Origin: Intoshia linei
Lineage: Eukaryota > Animalia > Orthonectida
Direction: 5' to 3'
Length of the DNA stretch: 33,236 nt
Assembly (NCBI GenBank): GCA_001642005.1
Contig: LWCA01000295.1
Location: 1 to 33,236 of the forward strand
Shown: positions 18,110 to 29,887 of the stretch, in pieces
Numbering within the stretch: the first letter of the stretch is position 1
Layout: each line of letters opens with the position of its first letter
Program-made: the position numbers and the translations under genes
Notes under the pieces: model-generated
Seen by the model: the letters and a program-made list of their open reading frames with translations, nothing else
Databases searched by the model: none
What the model was told of the DNA's origin: nothing

Positions 18110-20040
18110 TGAACGGGTAATTTTTCTCATAAAGTTCTGTTTAAGCGTTCGACTTTACCGATTTCTTCATGAACATACGGCATTGTACCACCTTTTTTTA
18201 TATTAAATCTATCACATAGTTCTTTAATAATTGCAATTTCGAATTGAGTACCCATATCCGTCTGTATCATTATTGGTAGTCCAAAGACATATCAAATTTT
18301 CAAATATCGATGATGCTATCGTAGTTACTTCAATGTCCCTTATAGGGATAGCTATTGAATAGGAGCTAAAATGATCAATCACACAAAGGATGTATTTAAA
18401 TCCATTAGTAGATTCGGGAAAAGGACCGATAATGTCAAGTTGCCATAAATCATTAAATTTTTTACTTTTAACTGGTTTTAAAGGTTTCCATTTATTGTGA
18501 TTTCTAGCTTTATTTAAACTAGTTTGTACACTTCTTCACAAATTCTGCTATGTCCTTTCTCATGTTTAATCAAAAATAAGATTTTTTTAGTAATTGAATC
18601 ATTTTGGTCATACCCGGGTGCGAAAGAGAGTTCTGGTAGAATCGAAAAATTTAATTTACAATATTTTTATTGTCTGGTACAACTATGATCATTTTGTCAT
18701 TCCTTTTAATATATAACGCACCGTCAATAATTTTCATATAAGCATAATTTCCTAAATAAGGATTGGTCTTGTCTAATGGTTTATGTTGAATTAAAGGTTT
18801 CATTGCACCCGAACATGCTAGATCTTGTAGCTGTGCTTTTTTTACTTCAATGATTACTCATTAGTTTAATCTGAATGGCATTTAAAAGGTCTCGACAGTA
18901 GGTCGCCTGTGACATTCAATTTTCCCGGTCTATAAACCACGTTGAAATCAAATTCTTCAAGATATTCTATCATCCGATATTGTGTATTGGATACGTTTTT
19001 TGACAATCTAATAGTTTAATTGATTTTTTTCTAGATAAGTAACATCGGAATTTTTGAACTGGCCATTTCATCGCAAATAGTTCCTTGTTAACGGTACTAT
19101 AGCGTTTTTGTGTATCATTAAAGTTTTTACTTGCATACTCGACGACTCGATCATCCTGTATTAGTGCAGCACCCATGGCATAATTTGATGCATATGTTTC
19201 CAGAGTCAATTTAGATATTTTGTCTACAATTTTCATTACTGGTTTAGAGGTGAGTAATTTCTTTAATTTTTCATTGCTTTATCGCATTCAAAAGTCAATT
19301 CGAATTTTTTCTTTTTGTGAGTTAATAATAATAAAAGCTCAGCAATCACAGAGAAATCTTTAATAAATCGCCTATGCACATTACATATACCAAGAAACTT
19401 CATACATGTTTCAATGTCTTCGGTGGATTAATATTAACGATAGCACTAACCTTATCGGGATCAGCTAATATTCCGTTTTGGTTCACTATAAATCCGAGTA
19501 TTTTTACTTCGCTACATCCTATTTGACATTTTTCAGGATTAAAAGTAATACCTGCCTCTTTTAGTTTGATTATTATTTAGTTTTATGGCGATAATTTAAA
19601 TTTAATGGAATTTTCCAAATTCCAGAAGTCATATCCAACGTTGAAAATATTTTTTTTCGTGCCATCCTATCTAAACAATGTTTAAAACAAGGGTTTGGAT
19701 ATGTATCCTTCCTTGTAATAGAATTCAATTGTCTATAATCAAGAACAATTCTAGATTTTCCATTTTTCTTTGTTATAAAAAAGAAAGGAGACCTGTATGA
19801 GCTTTGACTGGCTTCAATTATATCGTTGTCTAACATTTCTTGAATTTTGTCGCGTGCCATATCTTTTTCGTGCATAGCCACTGGATAAATGGGACATTTA
19901 ATAGTTTTATTATTGTCTATCAATTCAATATTATGTAGGAATCCCTTTACATTGCCGGATATCGAGGTGCATAGTGATTTGTATTGATCTTTAATATCAA
20001 AAAATGCGTCAGCAGCGTTTTTAATGAAAAAAATACACAT
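18110..20040 (-). pseudogene. Gypsy pol pseudogene (RT N-terminus, RNase H, integrase)
   Basis: SSYRSPFFFITKKNGKSRIVLDYRQLN..TLDMTSGIWKIPL; TYASNYAMGAAL..RYSTVNKELFAM; LWQLDIIGPFPES..VIDHFS; QTDMGTQF; GKVERLNRTL. Multiple stops and frameshifts; RT core deleted. Confidence 0.9.
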
Positions 20041-20071
20041 GACTTCATTGAATTTTTATTCAGTTGAGTGA

Positions 20072-21223
20072 ACAAGGAAATTTTTATTCATAATTTCAAG
20101 CACAGTCATTTGAAAATTAAATTTAACTTTACGTAATTACTGTAAATGCATGTCAACATAATTAAATATTCATTATCATTATGGAGCATGATTTAAACGA
20201 CATTAATTACGATACTTTATATGAAATTGTAAGGGATACAGAGAGAACAATCAACTTTTGCAAAGAATTTCAGCTTATTAAATCAACACAAAGTTGTATA
20301 GACTGTAGGAATAATGAAATTTAACAAACAAAAAAAGTACTGATGGATACAGGTGGCGCTGTCGAAAACCATGCATACGAAAGGAAATGTCCATACGAAT
20401 AGGTACTTTTTTTGAGCAAAGCCATTTATCTATTCCAAAAATTCTGAAGTTCATTTATTATTGGGCGTTCAATGTTGCTTCACTTAAACTCCTAAATAGG
20501 AAGTTGAAGATGTCATCTATAACATGTGTTGATTGGAATAACTTTGAAAGATATTTTTATCTCAATGATTATATATTATGCAGAAAGAATTGGGGCCTGG
20601 CAGTGAGGTTCAAATGGAAGAAACTCAATTCTCCAAAAAAAAGTACAACCGTGGACAATTATACCCAGAACAGTGGGTTTTCGGTGGAGTCGAATCGCAG
20701 TCAAAAAAGTGTTTCATTGTTCCCGTACCAAACAAAACTGCGGCAGTTTTAATCAATACATCATTGTATTTTTATAATTATACTCATATTTTGTTTATTA
20801 GGGAATACATTGAACCTGGTTCCATTATTATGTCTGATGGCTGGAGATCCTATACGAAAATTCAATTATATGGCTTCGACCATGGCGTGGTAAACCACTC
20901 ACAAAATTTTGTGGACCCTGACAGGTTACCACACAAATAAGATTGAATCGTTATGGGCTTCATTAAAAAGACGAAACCAATTTACAAATTAATGTTGATA
21001 ATCTAATACTTAATATATAGTAGATATAAAAGATATATTTTAATTAAAACTTTTAATGATTAAGTAATGAAAATATATATTTTTATACCTGAAATTAACT
21101 AATAAATATTTTCTAAAAATTCTATTTGAAATAATTACGAAAATTTAAATTATACAAATTTACTTTAATATAAAATTTAATTTTCAAATGACTATGCTAG
21201 AATTTGTGAATAAAAAGTTCACA
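20072..21223 (+). mobile_element. Merlin (IS1595/ISXO2-like) DNA transposon
   Basis: About 48-bp imperfect TIRs (20076-20124 / 21173-21220); candidate 8-bp TSD ttgagtga at 20064-20071 and 21224-21231. The outermost few bases of the two ends do not match. Confidence 0.82.
20181..20992 (+). pseudogene. Merlin transposase pseudogene
   Basis: N-terminal CIDC..DGYRWRCRKPC..SIRIGTFFE; KKKYNRG; WVFGGVE; PGSIIMSDGWRSY; VNHSQNFVDP; HTNKIESLWASLKR. Several frameshifts; the first catalytic Asp position reads Glu (VQMEETQF). Confidence 0.9.
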
Positions 21224-21322
21224 TTGAGTGAGCTTAAACTAAACAAGACCCGAATTTTTTAGATATCCAATAAAACTTTTCTATTTGTCATTGAATTCCT
21301 CTTGAGTACATTTAACTTGGTG

Positions 21323-21445
21323 TGTAATTCTGTAAGAATATTTAGAGACATTTAAACAGTAAAACTTTTATTAAATTAAGTTAAATTTAAGGTTCAATTA
21401 AAGTAAAGTACAAGTGATATTTAAGATAGTGTCATAGATACTACA
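21323..21445 (-). repeat. 5' LTR (123 bp)
   Basis: Second copy of the 17751-17861 repeat. Confidence 0.88.
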
Positions 21446-21480
21446 GGTTTATTTATATTCATTACTATACCTTTTTAATT

Positions 21481-24124
21481 TAGTGCGACCAGAAGTACGA
21501 CTTTTGGCACTGTTCCAAAGTTGTACTTTTCAAAACTAAATAAACTTATAAATTGAAATTTAACTTAAATGTTCATTTTTGGTATTGAAAAATTAATCAA
21601 AAATATATTTTTTTTCTAAGCAATAAAAGTACTACTTTTAGTACGACTAAAAAAGTTGAAACAAGTTGATAGTCAAGCATTCAACCAACTCTGGCAAGTA
21701 AATGTTCTTGGATCTTTTCCTGAATCGCCTAACCGTAACAAATATATAATAGTGATGTGTGACCATTTTTCAGGGTGCGTCGAAGCTGAAGCTATATCAG
21801 ATATAACAGCTAACACACTGACGGATGCTCTGTTTAAAAATATAATTAGTCGATACGGGACCACCTAACAGAATAAATTTTGATAGTCCACAACAATTTG
21901 AGGGAAAAATTATGGCTAAATTGTGTAAAATGTATAAGATTCAGAAAACACATTCAACTCCTTATATGCATAATCAAAACGGATTAATTGAAAGAATGAA
22001 TAGGACTATTCGAGAAAAATTACGAATTTATTCACACACACCTCATTGGGATGAAAATTTGCCATGTATCTTAATGAGTTTACGTTCCACGGTGTTTTGT
22101 CGTATTGGAGTTACGCCAGCTCACGTAGTATTGGGATATGATATGTATAGAGGTGATATTGATCGTCGTACTGTATTGAAAAAACACATACAACAAAAAA
22201 ATTGCACATAACCTTAGAATTAAACAAAATTTTGATTCTCATGTACAGTGATTCCCAACCTGTGTGTATTTATCCACGAGTGGGTCATTTGATATTTTTT
22301 ATGGGTAATCGCGAAATTTGTTCGAAAAAAAATAGGAATTTTTTTATTTTTTTGCGTCGCATGCATAGTAACGTATGAAATATAATTTTTCTCATTGAAT
22401 CCTGTAGTCAAAAACACAATTTTACCTTTATTTTACAATTTTGTAAAATTTGTTTTATAAAAAAGTTTAATTAAAGTTTACTATTCAAAAATGTACATGT
22501 ATATGGCTTATTCTAAAAACCTGACCATTCAAAATTCCGTTAAACAATATAGTGGGTAATATCAAAATAAGTACTATAATATGGGTAATGTAGTAAAAAG
22601 GTTGGAAACACTGCTCATGTACAAAAATCTTCTATTTATTTTACAAAAAATTTTTCTTCTATTTTTACTCGCAACAATAAACAGTCACCTATTTATCAAT
22701 TACGAAATACAGAACCTATTAAACGTCCTAAACGTTTTTAGGGCGTTGCTAATTTGGACAGGGAGGTGTAATAATCCATAGAATTATGTAAAGTTTAAAT
22801 AAATGAAACTATAGTTCATATTGGTTGTATATACATTGTAAACTTAAAATTGAAATATTTTAAATATAAAACTTATATTACAATAATACTTTATATCTAA
22901 CATTACAATAAATATAAAAATAATTATAAGTTATTATTAATAACAAGGTGGTATTACTTTTAGTAATTCGTTGTTGTAGATTTAATTTAAATTTTAAAAA
23001 AAATGTTTTGAAAATGAGATGTGAGAATCAAATATTGCGTAGCAATGAAAAAAACCCGAAGGAATGAATTATAATAATATTTATATGAGATTAACGACAA
23101 TATTGATGATTTTCAAGCGCATCCTAAAATGTATGTTTTATTAAATTTTTGGGCTAATTATTTTTTTAAACAAAAAATTTTGAAATTGGGTTTTTTACAG
23201 TGAAGGACTCAAATTCTGAAACTGAACAATAGACAAAAACACGATCTGGGAAAAACTGTACTAGAAATTTGAATTTTTTAATCCTACAACAGTAATTTTT
23301 CAATAAATCGATACACACACAGACTATAATTTTTATATAAATAAAGGATATTTATTTATTATGTATAAAAAATTTTCATACAAAAAAAATATTCATGAAA
23401 AAATATTCAAAGCAGCTACAAAATTTATACTAAATTAAAATCAGTATAATTGATTGCTAATCATTTTAAAGTGTTTCCTTCACTTGGTGAAATATAATAT
23501 ATTCAGTGTTGGTGTACGATCATTATTATATTATATGTTTGTCGAGTTGGTATTTCTATGTAATAAATTAAAGCTTTGTGTAAATATTTATACATAAATA
23601 AGTTTATTTTATGATGTCAAAATATAGAATCTTTGTTGTGCTATTACTAATCTATCAATGGAATGGATCTCGTGGTATTCATTTAATTATTACTTAATTC
23701 ATATTTTTATTAATTATAATTTGATAACCATATAACATAATATTAAAACCAATGATATATCAATATCGTACTAATCGAGATTCGAATATATACCATCCTA
23801 CACATAATGTTAAATTATGTAATGTTTAACTGGCAGAGTAGTTATAGTCATATAATTGTATTCTGTGTGATTGAGTTCAAATCCCGATTTGGTAATCTTT
23901 TTAATTGATATCAACTTATCTGAGTTATTCTCTGCCAACCGTTACAAAAACAAAAATAAACGTTAATTTTCTAAATGTAACATAAGTTTCACGTTAACCT
24001 AGGCTGCCAATATTTTTGATTAGAAAAATGAATATTTCAGTTAAATTTCAATTTATAAGTTTATTTACTACATGGAAAGTACGACTTTGGAACAGTGCCA
24101 AAAGTCGTACTTCTGGTCGCACTA
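21481..24124. mobile_element. Unclassified non-autonomous TIR element, 49-bp near-perfect TIRs, containing a Gypsy 3' fragment
   Basis: tagtgcgaccagaagtacgacttttggcactgttccaaagttgtacttt (21481-21529) versus the reverse complement of 24076-24124, one mismatch. Confidence 0.85.
21656..22882 (+). mobile_element. 5'-truncated Gypsy fragment: integrase core, PPT and 3' LTR
   Basis: LWQVNVLGSFPES..MCDHFS; HSTPYMHNQNGLIERMNRTIREKL (21656-22211, disrupted); PPT ggacagggagg followed by tgtaata...tattaca LTR at 22767-22882. Confidence 0.82.
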
Positions 24125-24759
24125 GTTAACAACAATGATGATATCAGTTGTTTTGACTATTTTCAAGTATCTTCTATCTATCTATCATTAAAGTCAGGCT
24201 CAAAAAGACAATAACAAATTTATATTTCAGTTATCATCAAATTTGAAGTTTTTGAAAATCATAAATCGCGTAATAATGATAGTACAAAACGGATAAATAA
24301 ATTTGTGCGATTGAACCCATGTTTCTGTATTTCACCTGATATCCAATCTATTCCAACTTTTTTTGAAATTGTAGGATGAATACTTACATTTTAATTTCAA
24401 AAACATTGTTAATAGTATAATAAAAGTAATTTTTGACTAGGAAAGATTTAATTTGAGAAATTAAAATTTTTTCTCTAGATTAACTCAAATAAAATCTATA
24501 AGAATATTTCTTATTTTAATATTAATAAATAATTACCAGAATCAAAATATAGTTACCAAATAAAAAAAGGAATACTAAATTTTACTTTTTTGATGAGCGC
24601 GTTAGTTTTTGACATTGAAATTTTTACATGAAAAATATATGTAATAAATCTATGTAAATGGAAAATTCTGTATTAGCTATAATAATAATGTATTCAGTAC
24701 CAATTTAATAAATTCTTAAAAATACCAATTATGTATCAATAATTAACGGAATAAGCACT

Positions 24760-26513
24760 TTATAAACATATTTCAGTCAATCTTACGATAATATTTTTAT
24801 ATATAGCTCTTGACACGAATTCAGCGGTTATATCTGTTAGTGACACGGATTCTGGCCAACCCGTATAATGATCCACCATGTTAATTATATATTGATATCT
24901 GTTAATTGAAATTGGCAATGGTCCCAATATATCGACCTGCCACAATTCACCAAAATGTGTAGTCACCACTGGTTTCATAGGCTTATTTTTACTGTGGTTA
25001 CGAATTTTCGACGTATTACAATTGTCGCATTTTACAATTTCTTTCTTGAGATTCTTGTACATATAAGGCCAGAAATATAAATATCGAATAAGATTGTAAA
25101 TTTTAGTTACGCCGGCGTGACAATATAAGTTAGATCGATGATAATGGTTGATAATATTTAATCTGTCTGACATGGCTATGACTGGAAGTAATTTGTTGGG
25201 TCTTGAATAATAGAGGAGTCCATTTTCAGCCTTTAATTTCTTTTCATATCTATAATATTGATTTGATTTAGGCAATTTCTTGTTCAGTGATAGTATTTTT
25301 ACGGCTTCAGTACAATCTGTATCTTTCGATTGGCCATGTTTCCAATTGAATACGTCAGCATTTTGTACAATAGCGTTAGTAAATTTAGAACGTGATAATA
25401 TATCGGCTGTGTCGTTTAAATGACCGGGCCTGTAGTTAATTGTAAAATCAAATTGTTCCAATCCTTCGATCCACCGAAATTGACGGTTTGTAAGGTTTTT
25501 AGATTGTTGAATGTGGACCATGGGGTTGTGATCGGTTATTACAGTGAAATGACGACGATAAAGATAGTATTTAAACTTTTCGATAACCCAAACGATTGCC
25601 AAAAGTTCTTTATCTACTATGCTGTATCGTGCCTGTGTTGTATTAAAAGTTTTACTTGAGTATGCTATGACCTGGTTGCGTTGCTATAAGGTTGCTCCCA
25701 CAGCGCGTTGACATGTCGCAGGTGCGTTAACCAAACCAAATGGCATGCGCTTAAATTAATAAAGACCTTTACCGTAAGTGGTTGCAAATGCTGTTTTTGG
25801 TCTGTCTTTTATTGCTATTGGAATTGGCCAAAATCAACTACAGAGGTCTAGAGTAGTAAATATTTTTTTGTTAGACAGCTGTTCTAAGCATAATTTTAGA
25901 TTTGGAGTTCGATAAGAGTCTGGTTTAGTTACAGCGTTAAGGTTTCGGTAATCCACCACGAAACGATATTTATCCTTGCCTTTGGGTACCAAGAAAAATG
26001 GTGATCTGTATTGTGAAACGCTGGGTTCAATTATATCATTTTTGATCATTTCTTTGATCATCGAGGTAGCGATGTCGCGCAAGTTTATTGGTATTGGAAA
26101 TATTTGACATTTAATTAATTTCCTTTCATCATTTAACTCGATTTTATGTTCGGTACCATTGAAAAAGGCCGGAACGGTAGAGAATTATATTGTAATCCCA
26201 TTATATTTGTTTCGGTATTCACTACATAAAATTTGAGAATTTTATTGTTAATAAGTAAAGTTGCAATTCCGTTGTGTTTTAATATGGAACCATTAGCGGT
26301 ATATAATTGTACAGTCGTTGGTTTGAGTTTATACGTATAGTTTAAACTTGCCAGTATGGCTGCTGTAATCAAATTGACGGTAGAGCCGATGTCTATAAGA
26401 AATTTTACAGTTTGTGATTTACATAAATGAATCACCGTGATCGTTCGAAAAATACAGCCTATCGAGCAGTTGATCAATCTAACAAAACTGTCTCTTTGGG
26501 TAGAATCTCGCAT
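24760..26513 (-). pseudogene. Third Gypsy pol remnant (protease, RT N-half, RNase H, integrase N-half)
   Basis: FLIDIGSTVNLI; YRFVVDYRNLN; RMPFGLVNAPATCQR; DKELLAIVWVIEKFKYYL..TDHNP; HAGVTK..CDNC; WQVDILGPL..VDHYTGW. Stops and deletions present; no LTR recognised. Confidence 0.9.
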
Positions 26514-26587
26514 CTTGTAAGAGTTTATTATTATTTTGTAAAACAGTCAATTATTCGAGTAGGTGTTTAATTATACTAATTATATTT

Positions 26588-27465
26588 AAATTGATCGCCA
26601 AAATATTTGGATTTACGACAAATCTAATTCAAAAGAGTATAGATCGAATGCGTTCTCCATTTTATCAATATTTGTCGCAAAAATGGTAGAATCATAGAAA
26701 GCGCCCAATAGCCATGGAAGGAAATTATCCTTATTTGGCTTTAGCTATCGATAGTACCTCATTGAAGGTATTCAGACCACATGGAATTGAAAGTAATGCT
26801 AAGAAAATGTACGATTCTAAAAATAAAATGAATGCCATTAAAAAGGAGGTTGCAATCATGACAACTCCTCCTCATTATGTTTTTTGTCTCAAAAAGGTTT
26901 TTTAGGAAGCGAGCATGATTTATCTGCTTTTAAACGTATTTATATAAATTACCTTGATTATCTTAAAAAATTACCACCTGAAGAAATATCATTGAATATA
27001 GATTCGAGATGGGGAGTTGTTTTGGATTCAGGGTATTTGGGTAATAGTTGTGAGACTCCCGGATTGAGAAAATTTGCAATGAATCGTCCTTCACTCGTAA
27101 AACTCGACGAAATACACTATCAGTCAGAATTAGCCTCAAAGCGTGAATGCGTGGAAAGATTTTTTGAGAGATTAAAAAAATCATTTTCTATTTTCTTTTA
27201 AATTTACAGATAGTATCACAATCATTTCAATATAGATTTCGATATTTGTGTTCTTTTAACAAATGAGATTATACAAAGATCTGGTTTGTGTGAAAATGGC
27301 ACTCATTTTGAATTAAAATTAATAACAAGGAATAAACGTGAACAAGATGAAAAATTATTGAAATCAAAACAAGAATCAACTAATTATTCCAATAGAAAAA
27401 AAATGAGACCAAAGGATAGTGATTGTAGTTTTAGTACAAGTTGTACCTCATATTCCATTACATAA
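26588..27465 (+). pseudogene. DDE_Tnp_4-type (IS5/PIF-Harbinger/ISL2EU-like) transposase pseudogene
   Basis: HTH-like IAKIFGFTTNLIQKSI; catalytic-type motifs AIDSTS, GSEHD, VLDSGY, KRECVERFF; frameshift at about 26885 and three in-frame stops. TIRs not found. Confidence 0.8.
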
Positions 27466-28372
27466 ATGCTAATGATAATTGTTATGAAAGCTGTATGTAA
27501 TTAATTGTAGTATTATTGTATACGTATGAATTAAATATAGCCTAAAATAATTATAATAAATAAATACTTCTCATGTTATTAATATGTAGTTTCATATTAG
27601 ATGAGTTGTATTAATTGTTTTATTTTGTTTTATGTGTATCAATTTTAATTTTAAAATGGGGTTTTGGTAAAAGTGAAAGGCTCTACTAACAATGACTGAT
27701 TAACAATAACTTGCTATTTTGTCTCACATATCCACTTTCCGTATTTAATCGCAATCTTATGTTAAACTTGTAGATAGAGTATATCTTCTCGAATAAATTA
27801 TCAAATAATTACAATACACGGTCAACGATGAAATTCTAACATGATATGATCTTATGCTAACCTTTAATTTATTTTCAATATTTAACTCACTACAGGTAAA
27901 GTTGTAATTTAAAAAATCTTAACATTTCGATTTCATATACACTAAAACCTATTATTTTTCTAATTAATTTTACAAATAATATATGTCTAAATGTTAATAA
28001 AATTACTAATTTTTGAATTCATAATAGTATTTTTAATATTTGCGATCAGCTGTCTACAGCCAGCACATGCCACATGCCACCCCTGTCTATTCTATATCTA
28101 ATTTTGATTAAAATTCAATTCGATACCGATGATGATAATGCAATATTGCTAAATACATTTCAATATTACTTGACTTTATTTAATATTGAAGTGTTAATTA
28201 AATATATGTTCAATTAAATCACTATAACTTAATATTATTGTGTTATATCCAATGATAATTTAAAATAATAATTAAGATTATTGGACAATATAGTAACATA
28301 TAGTATCAATATATCTTTAGTAAATAGTAAATATCTATCTATGGATATCCATAGATATTTACTACAATAATA

Positions 28373-28626
28373 TTTATGATTTTAAAATCCGTATCAGAGT
28401 ATATATTTTTTTAAATTCTCCAACTCGTTTGATTTTCAAAAAAAAAGGACAATTGGGCTTTTTGACCCGTAAGATGTGAGTTTGGGAGGTTGAAATTTAT
28501 TTTACTAACACCCGGAAAAAACTGTAATTGAAATGTGGACTTTATAAAATTCTAAGACTTGTAGTTATTGAAAGAAACGGTAACACACACATACAAATAT
28601 TGCATAGCATATTATATATATAAGTA
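28373..28626 (-). repeat. Truncated inverted copy of the 7598-8310 element
   Basis: Reverse complement aligns with 7598-7823 (e.g. aaaatcaaacgagttggagaattt, aagtccacatttcaattac, tatgctatgcaatatttg) and carries about 25 extra bases. Confidence 0.9.
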
Positions 28627-29301
28627 TTACTTATTAAGTAACCAGAATTGTGTATAACCAGTAATTTATTGTTACTAAGGATATTGTTTTTATCATTTTA
28701 TATGCTTTAATTATTAAATTTTTTTTTTAAATATTAATAATATTTTTAATTAAGAAATAATATATTTAAAATATCGATAGTACATATACGTATTTGTGTA
28801 CCATAATAATTTTGGATAGCTTTGTTTTTTAAAGTGAAAACTTTGTTCTTTATTCTGTTTTGTTTGAAATTATGGAACTCTTAATAAAAAAAGGTTATTA
28901 ATAAATTATTATTACATTCATAATATACATCAGGGGTCGACAACCAGTGATCCATGGTCCAAAATTGGTCCACATAATAATTTTGGTGACCGTTGAGTAA
29001 ATATGATATAAAACAGTGTCCCACGAGATGCAAAAGAGACATATACATTAATATTATTAATGAAAATATTATGGAGCATAACATTACAGTTAGCACATTT
29101 GTAAAATTAACATTTTTAATTTTTTTAAAGGTATTTTTTAAACTAATTTTATATTTATAGCATGTAATTTATTAAATTTAATGCTATTAACGTTATATCG
29201 AAAATAATATATTATATTAAATTAAATGTAGTTTTTGGTAATATTAATCAAATAATTATTAATAATTTTTAACATCATATCAAATTAATTCTTTTAATAA
29301 T

Positions 29302-29887
29302 TTATATTTTAGGAGAACTTCTGGGTAAAACATTCTACAATTAATATTATGTTTATTACAATTATATATATACATTAAAATGTGCCAACGTCATGAAGAA
29401 AACAAAAATAATTATTATAATCAACGAAAGAAAATAATTCTCGTTTACTTTTTTGAATTTTAAGATACATATTATAAATAAATCGCACTAATATAAATAT
29501 TTCAGGGCACTTCATTTTTTTAATTTAAGATTTAAAAATATAAATTTTTAACAATTTTATGAGTACATCAGGGGTTTCAAACTCATCTAGTACAACGGGC
29601 CATATTATAATTTTAACATAAGTATAGAATGGAATAAAAAAGAATATTCAAGAAACAATTTATTAATATAATGTAAATAATACTACCCTAATGTAAGTAC
29701 ATGAAATTGTAGAAATAGCAAACTTTTGTAGTAAACCAATTGCGAAAATGTAAATATTTAAAATCATAATTTTCATGTATACAAGCGGGTCATTTTTATC
29801 TAAATAACACCAGGTACGGTTAAATATATAATTTTTCTTACCAAGCTTGGTATATGTCTTAGTGGGTCGTACATTAATTATATCAAT
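29302..29887 (-). pseudogene. Candidate spliced multi-pass membrane protein gene or pseudogene (core exons)
   Basis: Exons 29887-29842, 29799-29687 and 29487-29374 join in frame through GT-AG introns of 42 and 199 nt. A 39-nt intron follows, and the next exon stops after 10 codons. The translation contains hydrophobic helices. Confidence 0.4.

Larger units (their letters stand above)
17751..21445 (-). mobile_element. Defective Ty3/Gypsy LTR retrotransposon with two short LTRs, interrupted by Merlin
   Basis: Direct repeats 17751-17861 and 21323-21445 with TG..CA ends; polypurine tract ggcaagggagg on the minus strand abuts the 3' LTR; RT-RNaseH-integrase order on the minus strand. No matching TSD or canonical PBS seen. 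Confidence 0.9.

Noticed and set aside
20181-20992. Bacterial IS1595 contamination
   Set aside because: Motifs fit eukaryotic Merlin, and it is embedded in a Gypsy element next to spliced animal genes with the same base composition.
22220-22781. ORFs 22220-22417 and 22581-22781 as env-like or accessory genes
   Set aside because: Short, no motifs, in the non-coding 3' region of the Gypsy fragment.
23827-23900. Functional tRNA gene
   Set aside because: A- and B-box-like motifs are present but I could not build acceptor and anticodon stems.
21481-24124. CACTA/EnSpm assignment from the TAGTG..CACTA ends
   Set aside because: Orientation is the reverse of CACTA elements, which begin with CACTA and end with TAGTG.
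17751-27465. RT, integrase and two DDE transposases as one novel composite system
   Set aside because: Each piece has its own boundaries, orientation and inactivating lesions, consistent with serial independent insertions.
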